DNA of 20,000 nt from assembly GCA_048128005.1 (NCBI GenBank), contig JBEUKZ010000032.1:495149-515148 (forward strand), read 5' to 3'. This document shows, piece after piece, positions 1 through 8,401 of this stretch (the first letter of the stretch is position 1; each line of letters begins with the position of its first letter). The translations under genes and the position numbers were made by a program. The notes under the pieces are model-generated. The model was not told the DNA's origin. It ran no database searches and was given only the letters and a program-made list of their open reading frames with translations. The stretch comes from Veleropilina oligotropha. Lineage: Eukaryota.

Positions 1-434
1 AGTTTAGATGCGTCTGGCGGCCATCTTGGGCACTGTACCGCTACGAAAATAGCACCATGACATCGCCATAATATAGAATTTGGTTTCCAAGATTCCACTA
101 CAGTCGGCTTCTCGGTTTTTGAGGAGAATATTTGAATAGGTTATCACCCTAATCAAACATGGTCGCCAAAATATTTAACCAATGAGATCCAGTTACACAT
201 CAAACAATTATATACTCAACCTATTTCCACTCCTGAAAATTTCACTAATGTGCCTTGCGTATTTTTTAATAATTGCACTTTTTAAAACCGTGAAAAATAA
301 TAATAATAACTAGAACTGCGAGCGGTTATATGGCTTCCGTTGAAACCAAATTCATAAGTAACAGGTCATGGACACGTTTGAATGCGCCCTAAACTTTGAA
401 AAATTTTATACATCATTTTGGCGCATTTATGCTT

Positions 435-863
435 ATTAGGTCATTTTCGGCTATCTAGGTCAGGGAAGGTCAAAGTCAAGGTCATTTTAGAAAGCCAACT
501 TACTATATCCTAAATATCCATGGGCTATTTTTATTAATTTTCGTTAATTATGTCATTTTCTGTTATCTAGGTCATCCGAGGTCAAAGGTCAAGGTCTCAT
601 TATAAAACATCCATGGCTTCAAATATGTTGTTACATCATTATTACCCATTTTTTAGTAATTAAATCATTTTCGACTATCTAGGTCATCCTAGGTCAAAGG
701 TCAAGTTCACATTAAGAGCCCACTTAATTTGTCCTAAATGTCAATAGGCTATTTCTTACCAATTTTCGTTAATTATTTCATTTTTGGTTATCTAGGTTAT
801 CCGAGGTCAAAGGTCAAGGTCTTATTATATAACTTTCTTGGCTGAACATGTTCCTACATCATT
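435..863 (+). repeat. Host satellite, ~113-bp units rich in AGGTCA (left part)
   Basis: Core ctaggtcatccgaggtcaaaggtcaaggtc recurs at ~455, 567, 678 and 792. Two subunit types alternate. Confidence 0.9.
859..863 (+). repeat. Target-site duplication TCATT (left copy)
   Basis: TCATT immediately precedes the left TIR and recurs at 16059-16063. Confidence 0.88.
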
Positions 864-971
864 AGCAGCAGGGGGGGTGACCATACCTTTTAGAATGGAA
901 AAATAAGGCTCCCAGCACTATTTCAGAACTGAGCTGGTATTACTGAGGGGGACTAGGGAGTTAGGGTGGGG
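864..971 (+). repeat. Left TIR, perfect 108-bp part; imperfect extension to ~1090
   Basis: agcagcagggggggtgacc...ttagggtgggg is the exact reverse complement of 15951..16058. Patchy identity continues inward, e.g. 1028-1053 vs 15870-15895. Confidence 0.97.
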
Positions 972-1145
972 TCCGGGGGCCCGGGAGTGGGGGCTCCCAG
1001 CCCTATTTCAGACCCGAGGGTAGGGATTGTATTACAAAAAGTCACCGTGTGTAAGAGCCCGTAGGGACGGCCCGTTACCCTCGCCGGCCCGGGCTCTCTT
1101 TTAGACATACCCATATCATAGGATATACCCACTGCAAAGGATACG

Positions 1146-1421
1146 ATGAAGGGCTATGACACCTGTCAATGGCTGACCATCAGCTCCACAGAACTATGCG
1201 GTAAGAGTTGTCTGAGAGAGTTTTGCAAAGTCCACCTGGCTCGGCAACGGCGAAATGGCTGGGGCACAAAGCCCTGCATCAAATGCGGCAAAGGCGTCTT
1301 CAACCGGTTTACGCTGTGTCAGGGCTGTGGGTATCGGAATAAGAACGCTAGGGACTGTCAACGAAAGACCAGGGCATTCCAGAGAGAGTTTCTCCGCATG
1401 GCTGTGATTTACCACACGTAA
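1146..1421 (+). CDS. Small basic zinc-finger protein (91 aa)
   Basis: ATG start; Cys/His cluster (C...CGKSC...FCKVH) followed by CIKC-x10-CQGC; first ORF inside the left TIR. Confidence 0.65.
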   Translation: MKGYDTCQWLTISSTELCGKSCLREFCKVHLARQRRNGWGTKPCIKCGKGVFNRFTLCQGCGYRNKNARDCQRKTRAFQREFLRMAVIYHT

Positions 1422-1469
1422 ATTTCCTATTAGAGGAATGATCATCATAGTGTATGCCCACCCAGCAAC

Positions 1470-1814
1470 ATGAATGAACTGCGGAATTTGGCAAAAGATT
1501 ACGGGCTTCCCGCTCGGTCGAAGCTCAAGAAAAACGACCTCATCAGGGCAATAGCCGGGGTCCGTGCTGCGGAGTTTCGGAGGAGACTCGAGCGGGCGAT
1601 GAAAACGGGAAGATTCCCCTCCATTCGTGGCGATGTGGAGAACCCCCACAAAAGAGGCCGTCGTGCTCGCGAATTGCGGCAGATTAAGGACGAGGTTGAC
1701 GTCGCCCTCAAGGTCCGTAAATACGAAACCCAGGCTGCGAAAACGCCCGGGATACGACAGAAGCCACTTCGTAACATCACGGATTGTGAAGCCGCACCTG
1801 CACGGTCTGACTAG
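1470..1814 (+). CDS. Rho-N/HEH-like nucleic-acid-binding protein; probably the true N-terminus of the replication protein, split by a frameshift at ~1779
   Basis: ELRNLAKDYGLPARSKLKKNDLIRAI fits the Rho-N/HEH pattern. The ORF overlaps the next one by ~180 bp, and a second similar repeat straddles the two frames. Confidence 0.65.
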   Translation: MNELRNLAKDYGLPARSKLKKNDLIRAIAGVRAAEFRRRLERAMKTGRFPSIRGDVENPHKRGRRARELRQIKDEVDVALKVRKYETQAAKTPGIRQKPLRNITDCEAAPARSD

Positions 1815-4800
1815 GTCTCGGAAAGAGACCCTTGCCGGGGCAATAGCTCGGAAGGGGCCCGATCTTCTAGTCTCCAAAAAGCCCCGGACAGCCCAGGACT
1901 ACCAGAAGGATCTTCTAGGGCTGATTACCACACCAGAGGGGCAACACTTCATCGACCTGGATGTCCAGGCCCCTCCCCCAGTAAGGCTCCCAGCAAAAGA
2001 GCCATGGGTGGAACTCTTGAACGACGCCAAAGACGAGTTTGAGGTTGATGGCGCCGCGGCGGCCTTCTCCACATGGAGGGTAGAAGTGGACATTAAGATC
2101 GAACATGGCATCGAAGCGGACTGGCTGGCCCTGGATGCCCGTATGACAGACGCGAGGGCGGCACAGCTCCTCACAGCCCTTCCAAAGGGTGAGTTTCTCC
2201 TGAGAATAAAGTTCTTGCGTGAGTGGGGTGAAGGCGACTGGGTGATCGAAGACAAGTTTGACCCGGTGAAGGCTGCGAGGAAGAAGGGCCAGGGTGTCGT
2301 TGAGATCTCTCAGAACACTAAGCCAGGTGCTATAACTGGGGTCGACAAAGCCTACTACGAGAACGCCTACCCGGTCACTGCAGTCGTCTACGGCCTCTAC
2401 CCTCTCAGAGAACCAAACCCCACCAACCTGGTCCCAATGAAGAACGGCGACCTCAACTGCGTTGCCCAAAGAGTGATTGAGCACTTTGAAGGTGCCCTGA
2501 GAGGGAACGGACTCACCCCGACAAGGCGGCAGAAAATACAGGAGTGGGAAGAGCGAGTCCATGTAACAGGCGCCACTGTGGATGATATATCCATCCTCGA
2601 GAAGATACTGAAGCGGGCGATTGTCTTGAGAGACATCGCCGGCGAGGACGTCTTCAACAGCGGAAAATACCAGGCCAGTATGTGGAAGTCCATAGAACTC
2701 ATCTGCCACAACGGCCACGCATGGTCCAAAGAGCTGCACTTTCCGCAGTCCCGCGAGGTCCACCTGTATGAGGGCGATGTCTGGGAAGCTATCAGACAAG
2801 CCACACATAATGAGCCATTAGCTGTCTGGCTCCTTGGTGGTAAAGACCAACAGCTCGGCGTGGACCAGTTCGTGCTGCAAGACGGCCGCACGTACAGGAC
2901 GACAGAGACTCACACCGCTCTTCAGGAAGCCTGTAAGGCTCTGGGAAATGAGTCTCTTGCCGATCGAGCCTTTGGCGTGAACCATGCAGCAAGCATTATG
3001 GCCAAGGAGCAAAACGGCTGGAAACCTACCCCGGCCAGCCTGCTCGATGACATCCAGAAGGCCTGTGTAGAGCATGGTCACGGCGGCCTTTGGAATTCCA
3101 TGGACTATGACACGAGAGATGTCTGCTGCATCGATATGAAATCCTGCTACCCTGCAAGCTTTCAGGGGAAGGGCGAGGCCAAGCCATACTTCGAGCGATT
3201 CGGGCACCCACTCCACAGCATGACTCGTGTCGCAATTAATGGTCCTCTTCCCGAAGATATCGGTACCGGGTTTGCTGAGGTCGTGGAATGGGAGTTCGCA
3301 CAAGACATCCACCCCACTATTCCCGCCTGGTTCGGAAAGCACTTTGCAGAGAATGGATGGGCACCGACCCCGCTGCTCGCCTTCCTCATAGACTCTGGAC
3401 TGCTAAAAAGCCTCAAGATCCGAGAAGCCATCATCGCATTCAAAAAGCAGACCGATGTCTGGCTTCCTCCGGATCGTGACCAGGGCTGCAGCATCATCGG
3501 CAAGTTCACCCAAGGCGCCAAGGCAGACGGAAAAAGATTGACACGTAGACTGGTGACCGACCAGGGGGAGCTCGACTTCCTCGTAAGAGACACCCGCCAA
3601 AGCGGTACACTGGTCGGCGCACCGCAAAGGTGCCCTATGGGTCACATCCTCACGTACTATGATGGCTCCCAGCCTCAGTACGCCCACCTGAGGGCCTCGA
3701 TGCTGGCCTATGCCCACATAAACCTCCTCTCAATGCTTCAGCGTTTCACCCCTGAGGAAGCCGTACGCGTGGCCACTGACAGCATCTACCTCAAGAAGGC
3801 CTCGTTGAAGAAGCTCGACGATGTCACGGTGTACGTTGCCCGCAAACTCTGCGACTGTGGCGATAAATCTTGCATCTCCTGTCTGATCGGGGAGCCGTAC
3901 CTTCCGCCAGTAGCACCAGCCCAGTTGCGTGACAAGGGCGAACAGCTGTACCTGCCACAGGAACATGCCGCATACCTGCCCAAGCCAGAGTATTGTTGTG
4001 CCGCCAATTCCAGCCAGCCAAGCACCGCGCCATGCTACAATGACACGCTGACCCACCATCGCCTGAGTTACCTCAACGGTGGAGGGGGCTGTGGCAAGAC
4101 TACGAGAGCGATCGAGCTCTTCCGGGCAAGAAATCCCATCGTATTCACGCCAACCCACCGCCTCGCTAAAGAGATGCGGACCAGGGGTGTCAAAGCCCAG
4201 ACCTACCACAGCTTCTTCCGATGGAGCGGCCAGAATGACTGGATGCCTGACCGCATGGGTCAGAAGTTCATCCCCCGCATCATTATCTGGGACGAGGTCT
4301 GTACTGTTCCCCGGCCTATCCTCGAGATGTTCTTGAACTGGCTGGGCCAGCACGAAGTTCAGGTTATCTGCTGTGGCGATCAAGGCCAGCCACCACCGAT
4401 TACGGGCGAGATGCTGCACGACTGGCTGCGAAGGACCGCGGACTACTATGAGGAGATCGAAGTAGACTACAGGGCGAAAGACGACCCTGCCCTCCAAGCC
4501 CTGAAAAGACGGATACGTCTCCAGCCCGACAAAATCCAGTGCGACAAGATGCGTAAGACGCTCCCCAGTTGCCTCCGATGGGATCGGTTCGTCAACACCT
4601 GGAGGCCAGGCGACCTAATCCTCACCAGCCGTCAGAAGGTCCGCAAACGGGCTCAACAGCTGTTGCTCCAGAGGCACAAGGAGCACTTCCCAGACTCCCT
4701 GGTACCTATCCTGTACCACCCCAGGGACACCCGTAAGCAAAACATCATGGTAACGATTCCGGGCACCGACGAAAGAGAGGAGCTAGTTCTGAACGACGTC

Positions 4801-5349
4801 GTCGAGGTCACCATTGACGCCGCTGAGCGGGCAATGGTGACCCCGGATTGGCGCCTGGGCTATGCTCTCACCATCCATTCGAGCCAGGGTCTTACGATTC
4901 ACGACCCACAGAAAGTCTGGATCATCGATGACTACCTTCAGTGGAGTAATCTCGCCTACCTAGCCGTGTCCCGGGTGGAGCATCTGCATCAGCTCGAATG
5001 GGTAACCTGTCCTCCGGATGAGGGTGCTGAGGACAGGCCCCCGCCGCAAACCGAGCAGCAGCTCCGAAAGACTATCCAGAGAAAGCTCGTGGCATACAAG
5101 CGCCAGGACCAGGCAAAGGGACTCCCGCGGTTTAACCTCAAGGTCGATGACATTCTGCAGCTCAAAGACGCCCAAAACAACCGCTGCGTCGCATGCAACA
5201 TCGAGCTGCTCTGGGCCTACCAGCCCAAAGACACACAGCAGTTCAGTGTCGACCGTGTGGACAACAGCAGGGGCCACACCCGCGACAACGTGCGCTTAAC
5301 GTGTCTGGAATGTAACCGAAAACGAGGATTTGCGGTTGTTAACGCCTGA
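1633..5349 (+). CDS. Replication protein: OTU-like protease + degenerate family-B DNA polymerase + SF1B helicase + His-Me/EndoVII-like finger
   Basis: OTU-like NGDLNCV (Cys 2458) and HNGHAW (His 2716). PolB motif A IDMKSCYP (3130-3153), motif B-like RDQGCSIIGKF (3475-3507), motif C VATDS (3769-3783). SF1 helicase GGGGCGKT (4078), IIWDE (4282-4296), GDQGQPPP, YALTIHSSQG (4861), YLAVSR (4957). C-terminal CVAC...DRVDNSRGH...NVRLTCLECN. The ORF track starts at GTG 1627; the first ATG is 1633. Confidence 0.9.
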   Translation: MWRTPTKEAVVLANCGRLRTRLTSPSRSVNTKPRLRKRPGYDRSHFVTSRIVKPHLHGLTRSRKETLAGAIARKGPDLLVSKKPRTAQDYQKDLLGLITTPEGQHFIDLDVQAPPPVRLPAKEPWVELLNDAKDEFEVDGAAAAFSTWRVEVDIKIEHGIEADWLALDARMTDARAAQLLTALPKGEFLLRIKFLREWGEGDWVIEDKFDPVKAARKKGQGVVEISQNTKPGAITGVDKAYYENAYPVTAVVYGLYPLREPNPTNLVPMKNGDLNCVAQRVIEHFEGALRGNGLTPTRRQKIQEWEERVHVTGATVDDISILEKILKRAIVLRDIAGEDVFNSGKYQASMWKSIELICHNGHAWSKELHFPQSREVHLYEGDVWEAIRQATHNEPLAVWLLGGKDQQLGVDQFVLQDGRTYRTTETHTALQEACKALGNESLADRAFGVNHAASIMAKEQNGWKPTPASLLDDIQKACVEHGHGGLWNSMDYDTRDVCCIDMKSCYPASFQGKGEAKPYFERFGHPLHSMTRVAINGPLPEDIGTGFAEVVEWEFAQDIHPTIPAWFGKHFAENGWAPTPLLAFLIDSGLLKSLKIREAIIAFKKQTDVWLPPDRDQGCSIIGKFTQGAKADGKRLTRRLVTDQGELDFLVRDTRQSGTLVGAPQRCPMGHILTYYDGSQPQYAHLRASMLAYAHINLLSMLQRFTPEEAVRVATDSIYLKKASLKKLDDVTVYVARKLCDCGDKSCISCLIGEPYLPPVAPAQLRDKGEQLYLPQEHAAYLPKPEYCCAANSSQPSTAPCYNDTLTHHRLSYLNGGGGCGKTTRAIELFRARNPIVFTPTHRLAKEMRTRGVKAQTYHSFFRWSGQNDWMPDRMGQKFIPRIIIWDEVCTVPRPILEMFLNWLGQHEVQVICCGDQGQPPPITGEMLHDWLRRTADYYEEIEVDYRAKDDPALQALKRRIRLQPDKIQCDKMRKTLPSCLRWDRFVNTWRPGDLILTSRQKVRKRAQQLLLQRHKEHFPDSLVPILYHPRDTRKQNIMVTIPGTDEREELVLNDVVEVTIDAAERAMVTPDWRLGYALTIHSSQGLTIHDPQKVWIIDDYLQWSNLAYLAVSRVEHLHQLEWVTCPPDEGAEDRPPPQTEQQLRKTIQRKLVAYKRQDQAKGLPRFNLKVDDILQLKDAQNNRCVACNIELLWAYQPKDTQQFSVDRVDNSRGHTRDNVRLTCLECNRKRGFAVVNA

Positions 5350-6337
5350 GAACCGGCGGCAGCTGGGTATCACGAGGCACCACGAGCAGTTCCTCACGAA
5401 CGAAGCCACGCGGTGGTCCATCGAGCAAGTAGTAGAGCACAGGCTCGTCAGGCTTAGTGATGGAGCGTCCAAGCCTGTAAACTTTTAGAGACCACACCGG
5501 GTCAGTCGCTCGGCGGCGACCACCCTCCAACTCACCGGGTTGGTATAGGTATCGAACATCTACGTCAGAGGGGAGTTTCTGTTCCTTCCCCTGTCGGTCT
5601 GGAACAGTGGCGCCGGGCTTTTGGGGAACGCGAGGCGCCTTGATGGCGTCCTTGGGCTTTTTACCGGTGAGGCGGGTCTCTTCCCCATTCAAGGCCGCAA
5701 CTACGGCCGGTAACCAGGCGACCCACTCCGTTGACCTTTGACCCTCTTTCGCAAACTCTGCAAACCGCATCTCTGTTGCGTACTGGTGCCCGAAGAGCCG
5801 CTCAGCGAGCGTCCGGTTGAAGCGCTCCACAATGCCCTGATCGCGATGGATATCCACACGGCCACACCTAACCTCGACGTTATTCTTTGCCAGCAGCTGG
5901 GAGACCGTACCCATAAACTCTCGCCCTGGATCAACCTGAAGCAATTTCGGCCAGCTAAGAGGACTCCGCCTGTAGATTCGCGAAATTGCTTCAGCAACCC
6001 CTTTGGCCTCTTTTGTGGCCAGAGGCTCAGCCTCTTTGTAGCGACTGGCAACATCAACCACAGTCAAAGCATACTTGTACGTTTTACGACCGACCTTGTC
6101 ATGTGGGAGAAACAGGAGGTCGGCTTGGTGAACCTCGTTCGGCATTACGACGTCGAATTTTGGTCTTGGAATCCGCCGTGGCGCAGGTAAATAGATCTGC
6201 CATATAGCCTGCCTCTTAAGCCATGTCCGGGCCTCCACTTCAGACGCCTTGGCAGCCTCAGCTAGTTTCTTTATCGCGGCAATGCCTTTCCAGTAGCCCT
6301 TAGGGCTGTAGTATATCCTCGCAAGCTTACTATCCAT
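5339..6337 (-). CDS. Retroviral-like (rve) DDE integrase of Polinton type
   Basis: HQADL (D), LQVDPGREF (D), QGIVERFNRTL (E); N-terminal IYYSP; SH3-like C-terminus (WSLKVY...YYL...FVREELL); no chromodomain. ATG at 6337. Confidence 0.95.
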   Translation of the reverse strand: MDSKLARIYYSPKGYWKGIAAIKKLAEAAKASEVEARTWLKRQAIWQIYLPAPRRIPRPKFDVVMPNEVHQADLLFLPHDKVGRKTYKYALTVVDVASRYKEAEPLATKEAKGVAEAISRIYRRSPLSWPKLLQVDPGREFMGTVSQLLAKNNVEVRCGRVDIHRDQGIVERFNRTLAERLFGHQYATEMRFAEFAKEGQRSTEWVAWLPAVVAALNGEETRLTGKKPKDAIKAPRVPQKPGATVPDRQGKEQKLPSDVDVRYLYQPGELEGGRRRATDPVWSLKVYRLGRSITKPDEPVLYYLLDGPPRGFVREELLVVPRDTQLPPVLRR

Positions 6338-6554
6338 CAGCAATGTATTCCAGTAAACTGATCAGTCTCCAACAGGCTTCAGCTTCCGGAGCCGGTCGCT
6401 GCGCAGTCGTCGCCCGTAGGTTGGTCGGGCCCCCGGAGAGCACCAGGACCGCGAACCGCACCATAGTCTTTTCGTCGCGGCGCCAGCAGTCGAGTAACGT
6501 AGTACCAAGGCCGACCGCAAGCATAGCACTGTACAGCTCTTCTGGGAGCCCCAT
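6330..6554 (-). CDS. Small hypothetical protein (74 aa)
   Basis: ATG-initiated ORF filling the gap, with its stop overlapping the integrase 5' end. An alternative ORF (6379..6585) is also possible. Confidence 0.3.
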   Translation of the reverse strand: MGLPEELYSAMLAVGLGTTLLDCWRRDEKTMVRFAVLVLSGGPTNLRATTAQRPAPEAEACWRLISLLEYIADG

Positions 6555-6596
6555 TACTATACATGCCAACGAAAAAAATGTTCACTATAGAAATAA

Positions 6597-7028
6597 TTAG
6601 GCGAGCTTGTAGGCTACCAACCCGGTCGCCGCCATCCCGAGGATGATGAAGGTGATCTCACGTCCCTTTTGGTCATCGCTCGGCGTGTAGTAGTCGGACA
6701 GCTGGGGCTCAGGGCCACCTCCCATGGCGGTGGGGTCAAGGTTCTTGCCAGTGATCAATGCATACTCACGGATAGCGGCGTCAACATCCCGGAATGTGCC
6801 AACGGCGTGACCCTGGCGGCGAAGTTCAACGTTCAGCCAGTCGAGACGCTCTGCCCTCTTTTGGGACCATTTAGTCTGCGCGGCGTTGAGCTGCTCTACA
6901 GCATGGTCGTGGCGTTTACGCTCCTCATCAACACCGGAGCTGCGTAGCTTCGAGAAGAGGAAGTTGGACCCGCTGAAGGCGAGGGCGTTGACGAGAGCGC
7001 CCCCAACCAGCATCGCAATGGAAGCCAT
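6597..7028 (-). CDS. Hypothetical membrane protein (143 aa), candidate virion protein
   Basis: Hydrophobic Gly/Ala N-terminus (MASIAMLVGGALVNALAF), coiled coil, C-terminal hydrophobic helix (ITFIILGMAATGLVAY). Confidence 0.75.
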   Translation of the reverse strand: MASIAMLVGGALVNALAFSGSNFLFSKLRSSGVDEERKRHDHAVEQLNAAQTKWSQKRAERLDWLNVELRRQGHAVGTFRDVDAAIREYALITGKNLDPTAMGGGPEPQLSDYYTPSDDQKGREITFIILGMAATGLVAYKLA

Positions 7029-7059
7029 TGAAATGCTGCGATTATCTAGCAAGGTCACA

Positions 7060-7680
7060 CTACTTCAAAACGTCGGCCGGAATGATGCCTTGCTTGATCA
7101 GCATGTCCTTCGTCGCCATGGCGAGCGCTACGTCGAGGACGACCATCCCGACATCGTACCCTGTGAAGTCAAGTTTGGGGCTCGCTCCCTTGAAGGCCAT
7201 TTTTCCCAGGCGTGCGTAGCCTATGGCAAGGCCTGACACTATAGCGACTGGTGGCTGTTGATGTGGTGTGGATGGACCAGGGTTGTTGCGTCTCCAGACA
7301 ACAAATAGCAACGCAACCGTACCGGCAGCAACGGCTACCTGGGTCCAATTAAATTTTGGGTCTGATTTCCGTGTAGCTGACTTTTCGACCGTGGTCACTT
7401 CAGCCGCGGGGGCACCACTGTGTTTTTGTTGTTGGGGCTGTGCCTCCGGTAGGTCTGAAGGAACTTCGCTGACGGATACTTGTCGAGCATCTTCTTTGAG
7501 TCTTCTAACGTCAGCAAGGAGCCTCTCCTGCTTGACTTTCCGAGCAGCAGCACCGGCCCGACCTGCTGCGACCTTCTTAGGGTCCTTTTTACTCACTGAT
7601 GAGTCCGTCGAAGAAGTCACCCTCTCTATCGGCTGGCTCTCGATCGGCTGGCTCTCGATCATTTGGTCCACTTCCGTCAT
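7060..7680 (-). CDS. Hypothetical protein with basic helix, TM segment and hydrophobic C-terminal domain; possibly two fused genes
   Basis: KKDPKKVAAGRAGAAARK; TM VAVAAGTVALLFVVW; separate hydrophobic C-terminal block. ATG at 7680 (alternative 7722). Confidence 0.7.
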   Translation of the reverse strand: MTEVDQMIESQPIESQPIERVTSSTDSSVSKKDPKKVAAGRAGAAARKVKQERLLADVRRLKEDARQVSVSEVPSDLPEAQPQQQKHSGAPAAEVTTVEKSATRKSDPKFNWTQVAVAAGTVALLFVVWRRNNPGPSTPHQQPPVAIVSGLAIGYARLGKMAFKGASPKLDFTGYDVGMVVLDVALAMATKDMLIKQGIIPADVLK

Positions 7681-8350
7681 CTTGATCTCGCCCTCGCTCT
7701 GGTATCTTAGGCGGGCAAACATGTCCAAATTGGCAGTGCTTCGCAGTGGTCAACGCTGCGGTCAGCGGTGCGAGGTACATGCCATACTTATAATACAGCT
7801 CACAGCTTGCAGTGGTCAGGGCATGTGAGATGAACGGGTCGGCCTCGAGGTCGGCGATCAGTCGTAGCTGGTTTGCTGGTGGAATGAGCAGGAACATCCC
7901 AGCAGCCCCCGCATACAGCTGTATAGCTGAAGTCCCCAGAGTCTTCGTCACATCGGCACCGAGTTTCGCTTCATACCTCGCATGGTGCTTTTCGACCTCG
8001 TCGTCAGTCATGTCATCTATCCGGTCCACTGTGAGGTTACGCCCCATGTATCGCTGGGCCTGTCCTCCAACGGCTAAGGCTGCAAGCCTCTCACGCTTTG
8101 CCGCGCAAACGAAACTTGCGACTCCACTGTTACTGACAGGTTCCTTGCCATCGGGAGTCAAGCGATGGCCGGTGATGGTCGTTTCTTGTTCGTCATCCAT
8201 GAGTTGATCGATGAGGCTGTCCATCCTGAAGCGTTTCCAGCATCGCCTCACCGGTCTAATATAACTGTAAATCCAATACCACAATGTAGCGAGTAGGAGC
8301 AAGATCAGGCTCTGGCTGAAAGCAAAAGCTATGTATACAGCGTCCGACAT
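7589..8350 (-). CDS. Hypothetical helical protein (253 aa) with N-terminal hydrophobic anchor
   Basis: Long ATG ORF co-oriented with ATPase and MCP; N-terminal hydrophobic stretch; alternative start at 8224. Confidence 0.75.
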   Translation of the reverse strand: MSDAVYIAFAFSQSLILLLLATLWYWIYSYIRPVRRCWKRFRMDSLIDQLMDDEQETTITGHRLTPDGKEPVSNSGVASFVCAAKRERLAALAVGGQAQRYMGRNLTVDRIDDMTDDEVEKHHARYEAKLGADVTKTLGTSAIQLYAGAAGMFLLIPPANQLRLIADLEADPFISHALTTASCELYYKYGMYLAPLTAALTTAKHCQFGHVCPPKIPERGRDQDDGSGPNDREPADREPADREGDFFDGLISE

Positions 8351-8401
8351 GCCTAGCTAGCTAAGTAGCTGCTCAGGAGATGCTCAGTAGACTACAGCTT
8401 G

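Noticed and set aside
435..863. CRISPR-like regular repeats
   Set aside because: The intervening sequences are homologous to each other, the context is eukaryotic and there are no cas genes; this is a satellite.
859..864. 6-bp TSD TCATTA
   Set aside because: Formally possible, but it needs the left TIR to lose its terminal A and breaks the AG...CT symmetry.
1194..5277. Many minus-strand and alternate-frame ORFs over the replicase (e.g. 1194..1877, 1915..2808, 3730..4497)
   Set aside because: No motifs; expected shadow ORFs in GC-rich coding DNA.
7625..7660. 15-bp tandem repeat (IESQP x2.5)
   Set aside because: Simple in-frame slippage duplication in a disordered region.
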